Shown here: positions 1 through 12,371 of the stretch, piece by piece
How the letters are laid out: every line of letters starts with the position of its first letter
Numbering within the stretch: the first letter of the stretch is position 1
From: the human T2T-CHM13v2.0 reference genome, Homo sapiens
Direction: 5' to 3' (one strand)
Assembly (NCBI RefSeq): GCF_009914755.1
Contig: NC_060945.1
DNA: 64,000 nucleotides
Notes under the pieces: generated by a model
Seen by the model: only the letters and a program-made list of their open reading frames with translations
Told to the model about the DNA's origin: nothing
The model's database searches: none
Made by a program: the position numbers and the translations under genes

Positions 1-14
1 CAGTGCTCGCAACA

Positions 15-148
15 GCTGCATGGGTAATCATCATCGTCACACTGTACAGATGAGGAAAAGGGAGAAACAGAAAGGGTGAGTAGCCTGTTCAAGGTGACTC
101 AGCGGGAAAGGACAGAGCTGGCATTTGAACACAGGCTCTCAGACCCCA
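15..148 (-). mobile_element. MIR SINE fragment
   Basis: MIR core TACAGATGAGGAAA...AAGGTGACTCAGC...ATTTGAACACAGG. Confidence 0.75.
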
Positions 149-2486
149 CAGGCTGCACCTGTAAAACTCTCCTCCCCACACCCTGTCACATCACAGAGAG
201 GCCAGATGGGAGTGGGAAAGCCGAAGAGAATCTGGACTCCAACCGAGTTCTGCCTCCTAGAAGCCGTGTGGCCTGGGCTGCTTTTGTAACCTGGTTTTTG
301 CTTCATTTTATTTTTTATTTTTAGCCAGTGGGAATTAGTAGCTGTGCCTATATCGTGAGGTTTTGATTAAAAGAGACAATGGAGGCAGTGTGCCTCACAC
401 CATTGCAAGTGAATGTTATTTGTTCTCATTATTCATAAGCCACAATGAAACGGCATCATCTCATAACTTTAGTGGGTCAGCCAGAATTGTTCACGACAAC
501 AGTGCGGAGGACACGGGACAGCACTAAGGGTTCCTCCCTCTCCCTCTCGTTTGACGCGGACTCCAGATTCAGAACCCATGTGGGGCACAGGTGGGGGCTG
601 TCCAGGCTCACTGCAGGTCTCTCTCTGCTTTCTGCTCCTTCAGGTCACGTGGTTGTGATTGAAAAGAGGAATAGAGAGATGTGATGTGGCTGTTTAAAAC
701 AACTCCAACTGCTTCCATGTAAATGATGTGTTTGATCCTAAACTGAGAGGGTTAAGGGTTGGAACTCTGGGCCTCCCCAGAGGCTGCTGTGGGTCTGGGG
801 GCCAGGACTCCTCAGGAAGAACCCAAGTTGGGTCTGAAGGTGACAGTGGAGGCCATTATCCCTGAGGGAAGACAGAAGAGGGAGCAGGGAGCAGGTGGGC
901 CACCGAGCCCTGGCGTGTGTGCAGAAAGTGCTAAATAAGCCGGAAGAAGCACAGCAAATCACAAGGATGCCCAGAATATAATCTCTAGTTTATAGCATGA
1001 AATTTTTACTTTCCTGTTAATTGTACATTCTGTATAAGAAAAGCAGGTTCCTTTCCTAAGGAGCTTTATGATTTTATTATATTATTATTGTTTATTGTGG
1101 AGAATAATTAGCTTGCACATCTTTTAATGTGTCCCATTAAGATGTTTGCAGAGCAGCCGTGAGAGGCTGGCCAGCCCCCTGCATTTCCATTGATCAGGGC
1201 ACTCACATGGCTGGCTGTGAGCAGGCTTTGCGGGGAGAAAGTCATTTATGATTGCATCCTTCAGCATGCCGAACCCCTCCAGAAAGGGAAGGAACTTTCT
1301 GTGACTCTGAAGTAGTCTGTTGTAGAATAACCAGAGGAGAAATGCCTTTTATACAATAAAGGTGAAGGGGGAAAAGAAGGGGAAAAAAACCCCAACTTCT
1401 TGACAAAAGGAATTGTCATGATGTCAGAGGACTGGTGACATGGACTTTGTGAAATGACAAATGCCTCTGCAGAAAGGCCATTCTCAAAGGCCAACCAGTA
1501 GGCGTGTGCATCTCAACTCTTGTTATGCCACTGACACTTAGTGGTATGAGGTCCTGTTTACATGAGTGACTGAGGCCACTGCTTGCTATCACAGCTGAAA
1601 CAACTGCTTCTGGCTACGATTTTTATTTTAGCCTCAGGAATAAGTGGATGAGAAGTGTTTGGGGCAAGCTTCACGGAAAACCCTGGCTAGGGTCAGTCAG
1701 GGTTGGGGTGGTCCACCCCTGAAGGAGGGACTCAGGTGGCAGGCCCCTGATTGCTGGGTACATCACTCTGTGGTTTCTTCTGTACATGTGTTCCATGGCC
1801 TGGACTGGGACAGGGCAAGAGATATACCTGGGACACAAAATTCAAGGTGGTGCGCTCTCAAGCCCATGTAAATGCAAGGTCAGCCTTGTACAACAATGGG
1901 AGCAAGTGTCGCCTTAAGTTTGTCACAGGAAGTGCCTCATTTATGTCACCCTGATATCACCTTCGATGGATTCTCAGATTGATAAATGAAAACAACTGGT
2001 CGGTCAGGAAGAAGGCATAGCAGTGGTTTCTCCCCACCCCAGCATGTCACCATCGTCTTGGGAACAAGTTTGAGCACCCCTGGCTTAAAGGCGTGTTTCT
2101 TGTGGGCTGTCTGGGAACTGCCTGAACATCTCTCTCAGTTCTGATGGGAGAAACACGTGGGCAGGAGAGGTCTGGATACCAGTGGTGGGGCCATAAAGCC
2201 ACCAAATGCATCCAGAGTCAGAAAAGCAGTCCAGGATGGTGGCCAGTGCCCCAGCTTGGTGCCACCCCACAGCGTCGCCTCCTGTCCATGGGGCCTTGGC
2301 AAGCCTTTCGCTCTGTAAGGCTAAACTCCCTCATGTGCCAAACAGATATTCTCAACACCGACCTGTCCCCTCCACGGGCAGACAGACAGTGGGCTCTGCT
2401 GCAGGAACTGCCTCTGTTTGGACCGCACCTCCACCTTTCCCAGCAGCCTAACCACAAGCAGGTCACGTAACCTTGGCAGGCCATGC

Positions 2487-2632
2487 TTCCCCTTCACTCA
2501 GTGGGATTAATAATGAGAGCACCTACTCACAGGGTTGTGCCAAAATTTTAATACAGTAAGGCAAGAAAATGCTTGGAACGGTGCAAGTGCCTTGCGCATA
2601 GCATATGCTCAATAAATGCTAGCTGTTATTAC
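2487..2632 (+). mobile_element. MIR SINE 3' part
   Basis: ...CACAGGGTTGTG...ATGCTCAATAAATGCTAGCTGTTATTA terminus. Confidence 0.7.
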
Positions 2633-2874
2633 TATCGGTTTTAAAGTTCATAAACTCAGCCTTCTGCCAAAGAGCACCAAGATCACTTCTGCACTGCTAC
2701 ATGATGAGAGAGGCAGACATTTCTTTTTTTTTTTTTTATCTTCATACATGCCCAGTTCCTGGAACAGCTTCGGGGCCACGTTCTTGAGGTTGGCGGAGAT
2801 GGCTTTCCTGTCCCTAGCCTCCCTTTGGTGGCATTTTCAGAGTTACCTTGTACTTATTGACTTCCTCTGCGTGT

Positions 2875-3050
2875 CCATTGCTTTATACATATTGTCTCAA
2901 ATCCTCTTGACAACCATACAAAGTAGGGCTCATTCCCCTTGTTTACAGATGAGAAACTTGGGGCTCCGTGAGGTTCGATAAATGGCTCAAGTTCACACAG
3001 GTGGTGGATGATGGTGACAGGGAGAAACCAATACCTCGATTCTAAAGCCC
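2875..3050 (-). mobile_element. MIR SINE
   Basis: TTTACAGATGAGAAACTTGGGGCTC core. Confidence 0.75.
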
Positions 3051-3372
3051 ACAGGCTTCCTGCTCCCCGATCCCACCCCTGAGCTTGGGCCTATCTTCCT
3101 CCTGGCCTCCCTATCAAAGGCAACTCGTAGAAGAAGCCCCTGGTGATAAAGAAAACACGATTCCTCCTGGAGCTGAGTGGAGTTTACACTTCAACATGGA
3201 CTGAAGCCTCCAGGGAAAGAAATAAAGGTCTGTAGAGAGAAGCTACGTCCTGGTGAGCAGAGACATGACAGCAGCAGTTTCTGCTACACCTAGAGAAAGC
3301 TTCCTTGAATTCAGTACATCCTGGGGAGAAGTCCCAATGGATTCCCTAAGCATGGGAATTTTGAATGCTGGC

Positions 3373-3433
<61 letters not shown>

Positions 3434-3456
3434 ATAGAGAGAGAGAGAGAGAGAGA
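3373..3456. repeat. Compound microsatellite (CT)12(GT)17 GAGATA(GA)10
   Basis: Read directly from the sequence. Confidence 0.97.
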
Positions 3457-5275
3457 CCTTTATTTCTCCTGAGAGGCCACTTCTGAGCTTTGAATCAGGA
3501 GTGATGTGAGCATATATATCCCTAATGGGAATTATAGTTTGGGTTCCAATTTTTATACAAAGATCTCCCACTTCCCAGGGCTCCTTCCAGAGCTGAAGCC
3601 TGGCAGCCTTGGCCGAGGCCATCTCTGAACCCTCTGCATGGATGTGCACATTGGCTGTTGTGGTGGTTCAAATTTTGCCCTAGACCCTCATCAAAACCAA
3701 CCTGGTTAATTGTAACATTGCCTAAGGAGCCAGGTGGGCAGGCACATGGTGGGTGCTTAACCAAGGTGGTGCTGGATTTTGGGGAAGAGAGAACATCCAA
3801 ATGACAGCAGGGGCCGGTTACTCCTATGGCAACTGCATTTCTAACACAGCCTAAGGACGTTCTTAAGGACTCAGGGATTCATATACATTGCCCTGCCTAA
3901 TGAGTTCACAAGGTGAAGGGATTTAACCTGCAAAGGATTGTGGTATCTGAGCAATGCAAAGGGGAATTGAGGAGGATTAGGAGAAGTGTCTGCTAGTTAT
4001 GTGCATGCTTGAATGGAATCCACCTCATAAATTCAGTGTCTGCAAAACTGTGGGTGACAGGAGCTGAGAAGACCTGGTTTCTCGTTCGGACTCTGGCACC
4101 AACCAGCTATGGAACCCTGGGCAAGTGAACCTCTCTGGTGCCCTAAGGTAGAGAAATGTCTAAAAATCACTCCAGCCAAATATTCGGCTCTTCCTTTCTA
4201 GCAGTTTAAAAATATTTATAATTATAGATTTTAAAAAATAAAGTTATATAATTTTTAGATGCCAACTGAAACTATACAGAACTATATATATACATAACTC
4301 TATATAACTCTATGACACAGCACATAAAACTTACAAAGCATCATATAGAACAATGTCTCATAGTTCATATGTCTCAGGGTTCACTTATTTTTTAAACAGA
4401 TTTATTCACATCTGTAATACAATTATTTCTTTGTTTTGAATACAACCTGGAGGGAAGCATATGGGAGACACAGCCTTTATTTAAAAAAATGAAGTAATGA
4501 TATGGAATGATTGACAGTTGGATAGAATTTTCATTGTCGGCACTTCTACTTCTTTATATGACCCTGCACCTTTCACAGTGCTAATATTTGTTTAAGGTTG
4601 CTTAACGTTGTTCCTCTCCTCTAGAACTTTGGAAGTAAAAGCCATTCTCATCTTTAGAAACAGTAGATTCAATAATAATAAATAATAATAAACTAGAAGC
4701 CTGAGTTTCTGTTCCTACCTGTCAGTCAATGCCTAAATAATTTCATTTTCACCCATTCACCCATTCATTACATGAAAGGGGCTGGGATAAGAGAGAACAC
4801 TCCTGAAGGGGAGGACTACTTTTTCTCCTCCTTTTAGTTCCTACCCACTCTTGCATGGGTTTTATACACATATGTGGTTTCAGATTTTATGAATTCTATA
4901 CTTTCAAAGTGGGTGAATGTCAAGTTCAGCTGTGACTGTTACCGAGCTGGATGAAGCTGCCCAGATGCAGCCTGCAGATGGTGTGGAATGAGGGGCTCAG
5001 TGCACAGAGTTCAAAGTGCAAACAGAAGCTGTGTAAGAAAGTGCAGCAAACTGTGGTTGGTGTTAAAACTGCTCCTGAAAAAAATGGCACTCAAACCAAT
5101 GTATCTTAGTTGACCTAAACTCTCTTTTGCACATTCTGGGGCAGTAATAAGAAACAAACATTGATAGCTATACATATTATAAAATTTTGCACAGTAAAAG
5201 GGGAAGTGCTTCTCTCTTGAGCAATGAGTGCCACTCTGACATTTTTTGTCTCCCTTAAAAAACTCACCTAGGATG

Positions 5276-5577
5276 GGCCGGGTGCAGTGGCTCATACCTG
5301 TAATCCCAGCATTTTGGGAGGCTGAGGCGGGCAGATCACGAGGTCGGGAGATCGAAACCATCCTGGCCAACATGGTGAAAACCTGTCTCTACTAAAAATA
5401 CAAAAATTAGCCGGGCGTGGTGGCACACACCTGTAATCCCAGCTACTCAGGAGGCTGAGGCAGGAGAATGGCTGAACGTGGGAGGCGGAGATTGCAGTGA
5501 GCTGAGATGGGGCCACTGCACTCCAGCCTGGTGACAGAGCTAGTAGACTCCATCAAAAAAAAAAAAAAAAAAAAAAA
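5276..5577 (+). mobile_element. Alu (AluSc-like), full length
   Basis: GGCCGGGTGCAGTGGCTCA start, dimeric body and poly(A); AAAAACTCACC is repeated on both flanks (TSD remnant). Confidence 0.95.
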
Positions 5578-8500
5578 CCAACAACAAAAACTCACCCACA
5601 ATGGAATGTGACTATGGAATACCCTGCGGTGTGTTCAGAGCTCTGACTTCTGTTTGCTCTTTTTAACATAACCCCCATCTGGCAAGCTGACTGCTGCAAG
5701 ATTTTCTGGGTCTTTCTTTAGGATCTACTAACAATGAAAAACATATATATGAAAACCTACACATTTTCAGAAGCACATGAGAGCTGATCAAGACCCACGT
5801 ACCTCCCAAGGAGAGGAGATGACAGAGGCTGCTCTGTGGTGTTGCTCTCAGGCTATATTTGATTTATTGCTCAAATCTTATTATTTCATTCTCCATTCGA
5901 GACTAGCAAAGTTTCTTTTGAGAAGTCACAGTCTCTACGGAGGGTATTCTAACGCCCAGAAGTAAAAGTTGGATGTTGGCAAAGAAAGCAAAGTAGAATC
6001 TTTGCAAAATGTTGGAGCTGCATAGTTCTCTCTCCCAATGGACATGTTTCAAGACTGAATACGTTGAGTATTTGATTTAGAATCAATTTAACATGAACTT
6101 CGCATTTATGCAAAGCAGCATCAGTCCTGAGATCAGCAGAGCGATTGAGCAAGCCCAACTAGCAAACTGAGATTTCTATTTGTGATGACCTTTCCCATTT
6201 GAGGCCCCAAAAATGTCTTGGGGACCTCATTGTTTAAAAAGAAGTCCATCAAAAAATGGACACATATGGACCATGGCATGGGAGGGCAGTGCTGCATACA
6301 AAATCAACAATTCTCTAAATGAACACCGATCTTGCAGAAAAACAAAATGAAAGCAAAACAAAAAGAAATTTCTAATTTCAAGAGAAAAACTGAATAACAA
6401 CTTTCTTTTCATTCATCCTTTCTTTCTTCTTTTTCTTTCTTTCTTTTTTTTTTTTTTTAACGAAGCAATGACTTTCTCAGGGAGAAAGATTTGCATCCAT
6501 GCTGAGGAAATAGACAGGGCCAGTAATCACACAGCAACAATCATCTGTAACTTGCAGAAATTCAATGTATGAATAAGTGTTTAAAGCCTAGATAGAGGGC
6601 AATTATCTGGTTATCTGTTTTTCATATTTCTATCAGAGATAAAAACCTCTTTAGGGAAATTTATGAAGGGCCATTTGAAAGAAGGTTTCCCTCTTTTGTA
6701 GAAAAGAATTCTCTTAAAAATTAAAACAAATTTGGGAGGCTGGGGGATTTTTGAGAGTTTAAAAGAGTGAGGAAGATGGGGGGCGGGAAGCAACTATTTC
6801 CAGCTGCGAGAAACCGATCAACCTCACAGCAAGGTGTGGTGGCTCTGATGCAAGCAACATTCCCATAGATACAGGGCTGTCTGGTTTTCTATTGCTCATT
6901 CTAACTTGAGGAGACGCTCAAGTGTGATTTGGGGCTTTGACACTGAAAATAGGTGTGAACTTGGATCCATTTAACCTAGCCCCTTCCCCCACCTCATCCC
7001 TTCTCCTGTCCAGTTTGCTTTCAATGGGTCAACAATAAATATTCACCCTTGGCATCCATCTGCAACTTCCAAGAGGGAATGAAGGAAGAACATAAAGTTT
7101 CTCTGCATTTGTTTCCAAAGCCCAGCTGGCACAGAAAACAAATGATACAAGATATGACTGGGAAGGCACACAGCCTGTCTTTGTCACCAGGTCTGGCAGA
7201 TGTGGCTCTGGGTTCACGAGACATCTGCTCCCAGCTACCTTCCTCTCTGCTTCCCTCCACTCTCCAGGCTGGAAAGTGACAACTCCATTGTCCTCGGTTC
7301 CCTCCAGCCAGAGGCCTGTGACCTAGTTGTGGCCTAAGCAATATGTCAGCGAAAGTTTGCAGAGAAGGGCTTCCCTTCCTGAATAAAAATACCAGGACCC
7401 ACAAGAAGGGGTTGAGGCCTCCCATGTCCTTTCTGCCTGGACAGATCAGAGGTGCAGGCCATCTCTCCCTGGCCTCAGCATGGTGGGACCAAAACATAGG
7501 AGTGTCCTGCACCCCACCGTATCAGCCTGGACTGCTCACTCTGGAACTCCTGCCCGTCTGCTCAAGCCACCGTGGTCAGCTTTTCTCTACGTGCAGCCAA
7601 ACATAATTTTCATGGGTAAACCTGAGCAAGGGCCTTACTCTTTCTGTCACTGCAATAAAATACATAATTTCCGTCATGTTTCGGATTTAGTGTTTATTCC
7701 TCCACCTTGGCTCCTTTCTGGCATCATTACTCAGTGTTATTGCAAGATGAGGGAGGGAGAGAAAGAGAGAGATTCAGAGAGCCAAGAGAGTATAACACGT
7801 GTCTCCCCAACAAAGAGTGAAGCCTGCGCAAGTGAGAGCAGTGTGTCTGAGCTTATCCTCCCAGCATGTTGAAGGTGACAGGAGGTTTTGAGCCCTGTTT
7901 TGTGTTCAAGAGCCAGCCTGTGTTCTCGTAAAGTACTCCCTGATTGTGTTCACGGTCAGCAAAGATCTCAAAGGAAATGCTCCCTTTTTACCACTCCAGG
8001 ACATCCTAGTTATTATATTTTATGAGAGGGAAGAGGTCAAGAAAGACATACCTCTTTGCCTTGGCTGGAGGCTCAGCAAAAAGGCTAAAGAAGGGGACTG
8101 GTGGCATCTGATGGGGAGGAGCAGGGGAGGCCGAGAAACAAGAGTTGTGGGAAAAGTGCTTTGAACATTTTAATATCTGTTCAGGCACCAGTGTAGCTTC
8201 TGAAGATTTCTTGAAAAATGGGAGTTGGAGAAAGCAATTACGAAAATGAGGGAAAATATCTTGCATTTGTGAAATGATGGGAGAACTATTTTCTAAACAG
8301 AAAATAAAATATTTTTAAGTGGCTTTGTGTTATTAAGCTAAGAAGATTTGTGATGTGTTTTATGGTACCTCTTTCTGATGCATGTAAAGACTTCCAACAG
8401 GAACTTGGTAATTTAGATGCAAGCTTGTCTAGAATATTATTAGCCCATTTTGCAGAACTCAAATGAGACACAAAGACATCTATTGACTCATCTAGGTCAC

Positions 8501-9190
8501 TAGGAAGTTACCTGAGAAACTGAAAATTTGCTTGAGTTTCCTGTGTGGGCCTCCTCTGCTGCCTCCAACAAGACAAGCCATCAAAGCTACCTTCATGTCT
8601 GGGCTTTGACAAAGTACATGATTACAAATGTTCCCAAGGAGCAGGGAAAATGGGAGTCTCTCAGAGGCCCAGAGAACCTGCTCAAAGGTATACAGGCAAA
8701 ATGGCCTTTTCCTTAAGAAGAGCCTTGGAGAAAATAAAGCTACACCAGCAGTCTCAATGAAAAGAGACATCTCTGTTGTCCTTGTGTGTTCAGATCAAAG
8801 ACTTAGCATGACATCCTGCCCCAACTAGCCTCCATATTTAAAATCAAAACTTGTTAAGTTGAATTTCATAAAGGGCTCTCGTTCTTTTTCCACAAGGGAA
8901 GGAAGGCTGACCTGCTGGTGAAAAGCCCTTAGGGTGGACTGAGTTACCCACTGCTGTCCATGCCCATGTGGGATCCTGCAGCTCTAACTTTGCCCAGGCT
9001 GTACTCTCGGCCTAGACCACTCTTCCTTCTTTCCTTTGTTCCCAACTTCCCCTCCCCCAACTCCTGTGTCCCTCTCTCCAGGGAGCCTCCTGTAATGTCC
9101 TCCAGGGCATTGTGACCTCTCCCTCCCTAGAGCAGACAGCGGTTGACTGGCTGCCTTCTTAGATAACTGAACATTGATAGCCACCATTCA

Positions 9191-9320
9191 GATTTATTGC
9201 TTACTTTATATGGCTGGGCAAAGCACCTTACACAGATTAATTCGGTCCACACAGCTACCTTAATAACAGGTACTATTGCAATCCTTACTCTGCAGATGAG
9301 GAAACTAAGGCTCAAGAGAG
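9191..9320 (-). mobile_element. MIR SINE
   Basis: TGCAGATGAGGAAACTAAGGCTCAAGAGAG core. Confidence 0.8.
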
Positions 9321-10144
9321 AAGTTCTATATGCTATTTGATGAAAGCCAGAAAAAAGAAAAGAAAGAAAAGGCCATCACTGTGTCATCTGAGCACATTCC
9401 CTGCACAGACCTCCTGCCATTGCTTTCTCTAATAGCAGGTGCTCTTATGCCTCCAGACTCTTCTCTCTAGGCCTTGGGCTCCTTATTAAAGTCTGTGTGT
9501 GCACAGCGGCTGTGCAGCCGTCCTCTGTCCCAGCATCTCACCAGGCTTGATTTCTCAGTAAAGGGCTACATATTTTCTGAGCACATCTTTCGGATCTATT
9601 TTGAGAGAATGTAGGAACGTCTCAGCTACTCATTTGCTTTCAAAAGCTCAGAAAGGCTTCTTGCCATTCAGAATCGGGTCAGTTGCTGTTTCCAAAGGTG
9701 CTTCTGCTACTGGTTGCTCCATGCCCCTGTACTCGGTGTGTGAGCAGCTGTGGGGCCTCCTACAGCCCCCTAAACCCCACTAATAAAGTCAGTCTGAAGT
9801 ACAAAGACAATCCTCCCCAAGAAAGCAGAGCCAAGAGGAGGTTTCTTTGGGGCGGCTGCCATTTGCTCTTTTAACACTTAAACATTTCAAAATTACTCGT
9901 CATTTTCTACAGTTTCTTAGCGTGCAAAAAGTCTAAATGGCAAAGGCATGATTGTGAGTTTAGATAGTTTTATCACACCTTTTTTTTTTATAGTTTCAAA
10001 ATGTGTGGGCAGTTTCAGATGTGAAACTCCATCTCACAAAGGAGGAACTACAGTCTGATTCTTTAACATCCAAGAGAGCAGCCAGGATGCCCCATCCCAC
10101 AGTTTCCTTGTGGGCCAGGGTGGGTCAGATTTGCTAAGACCCAC

Positions 10145-10470
10145 TGTTAGGGACTGCAGTATGTCTCCCTAGAATTAATACATTGAAGTCCTAACCCCAA
10201 GGTGCTCATAATTTGACACTATTTGGACATAGGGTTTTAAAATGACGTCATTAGGCTAGCCCCAATACAATGCAATTGGTATCCTTATAAGAAGAGATTA
10301 GGATACAGACACACACAGAGGGATAACCATGTGATGAAACAGGGAGAAGGGAGCTGTCTGCAAAACCAAGGAGAGAGGCCTCACCAGAAATCAGCCTTGC
10401 CGACACCTTGATCTCACACCTCCAGTCTCCCTCCAGAACTGTGTGAAAATAAATTTCTGTGGCTTAAGCC
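10145..10470 (+). mobile_element. MaLR LTR (MLT1A/B-like), 3' truncated
   Basis: TTGAAGTCCTAACCCC...CCAAGGAGAGAGGCCTCACCAGAAATCAGCCTTGCCGACACCTTGATCTC...AATAAATTTCTG. Confidence 0.85.
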
Positions 10471-10679
10471 TGAAGTCTTAAGATCTTAAGTGTTCAGTCA
10501 AGCCAGAAGAAGTGTCTTAATAAATATTCTTCTGAAAAGAGCGGCAAGCCGATGCTTAGAGAAGAACATACTTTATACATGCAGCTTTGTACTTGGCAAT
10601 TCCCTTTGAAAGACTGCTTCAGTGGGGTAAACTTGAACCGCTGAGAAGACAAGCAGGGAGTCGGTCTCGCTGAGATTTT

Positions 10680-11350
10680 TACCTGTGGTTCTAGGAACGC
10701 AGAGGCATGTGAGTGTTCAGGCTTTGCATAGACCACTAAGCCACTTCTAAGAACAAGGCTACCTGAGCCATTTTGCAAAAATATGTACGTGCCGAGGCTT
10801 TTCCTCCCCACACCTACCTCAACTCTTTCTGCCGACACACTGCACTTTTCAAGGGAACCCAAGTTTGGGTTCGGCAAGAATTGTACGTTGCACACCGTGT
10901 GTGATAATTCCAGGGAATTTCAATCGCATCTTGTCTTCCTTCCTAAGCAAATTCGGTGGGAACCTGGTGTGGTGTGATAGAAAAAGCCCCGAGTTCTCTG
11001 TGGTAGACCACATCAATTTCATGTGCCAGTCTCTCAGACTCCGGCTTGCCTCTCTCAAGGAAGGGAACAATGGTTTGCTTGGCTTCACTCCTCTCTTTCC
11101 CCCCAATTTCCACATGGGTATCTGGCTAAAAATGAGTTACAGGTTTCCTTCTGTGAGAATTGCATGGACTGATAAAGTACCATCCCAGGAAGAAAACAAA
11201 GATGCTGTCTTCCCTTTCGGCTCACAGTTGCCGTTGGGGAGGGAACACACGCTGTAAATTATAGGCAGCCAGAAGTGACCGCATTGACCACTGCGAGTGG
11301 CCCAGCTATGGCAACAGGCTGAGAACTCTGGGGGAGAGCCATTTGTTGGC
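10680..11350. promoter_or_regulatory. Candidate intronic haematopoietic enhancer about +2.4 to +3 kb from the P1 ATG
   Basis: Repeat-free, CpG-retaining block with clustered RUNX, GATA, ETS, MYB and STAT motifs (coordinates in findings). Confidence 0.6.
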
Positions 11351-12294
11351 AGGGATGGTGATTCTTCTAGCATCAAGCTCTAAGATGATGACCAAACGGT
11401 ATCAAAAGAAATGATATTTTGCTACCTCTCCGGCTTGGGTGAATGATGTGGACAGTTAACCTGGACAATTTAAACCTTTATGTTGATGGATCACTTGGAT
11501 GAAATTAACCAGGAAATTGCCAAGATTTCACTTGGCCCTCTGACATCAAATCTCAATATTATATTACCAAATTAGAGATTCTAAAGAACCCTGAGTTCCT
11601 TTCACTGAAAGGAAGGAGTGGAAAAACCTTTCCAGATGATCCCTTTTGAGTCTTGGTGCGAGCTCAGGCCCTCCCTACACTGCCTCCGTGAAAGCTAACC
11701 GACCCTTGTTCCTAACCTAGCGCAGGTCAGCTGAGTGTCCATCGGGCACAGGAGCCCTGGGCTTGTCCGGGAGATAGCCAGACTCCTGCTATTTCCTGAT
11801 GTCTGCATAGCTCAGCGTGTCCCTCACCATCTTTGCCGTTGGCCAGTAAGGAGAGCCCCAGGGGCCAGCACTGCACACTGAAACCCAACCTATTGCTCAA
11901 TGGAATGCTTAAAAATTTCCTGAATCTGCCTTCCTGAGTTGATAAAATAGGAAACAATACACGTTCTGAGGGGGTACTGAAAGCAGAGTAAAGCCAGGAA
12001 GATCTTTTTTTTCTGTTATTCTATACAAATATTGCTTCCTCTGCTTGTTAGCAGCCCAGAGGAAATGCAGCCAGGGAGCCGTTTGCAGCTTTTCACCAGT
12101 GGCCGGTGTCTCTGTGTTACCAACCAAACGACGCTGCAAGACTAGTGACTAACGCACGTCTGCATGATTCAACTTCACTAAAATTCCCTCTGCTGCCAGT
12201 AAAGAAGCACTTGAAAACTCTTTAATTTGAAACTTGAGCTTGGTTAATGACTTGTTTTCTTCTCTTCCTCTTTAACTTCTCTCTTGCCATCTCC

Positions 12295-12296
<2 letters not shown>

Positions 12297-12366
<70 letters not shown>
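12297..12366. repeat. Compound microsatellite (CA)18(CT)17
   Basis: Read directly from the sequence. Confidence 0.97.

Positions 12367-12371
<5 letters not shown>

Larger units (their letters stand above)
2720..4210 (-). ncRNA. RUNX1-IT1: Approximate location of intronic transcript RUNX1-IT1
   Basis: Position inferred only from the recalled annotation distance (about 9.5-11 kb downstream of the P1 ATG); the boundaries are not visible in the sequence. Confidence 0.35.

Noticed and set aside
1-2400. The RUNX1 +23 (eR1) enhancer
   Set aside because: Expected more than 20 kb downstream of the P1 ATG, beyond the window start (the window reaches only +13.7 kb).
7021-7512. Longest ORF (163 aa, - strand)
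   Set aside because: No recognisable homology; intronic; overlapped by similar chance ORFs on both strands.
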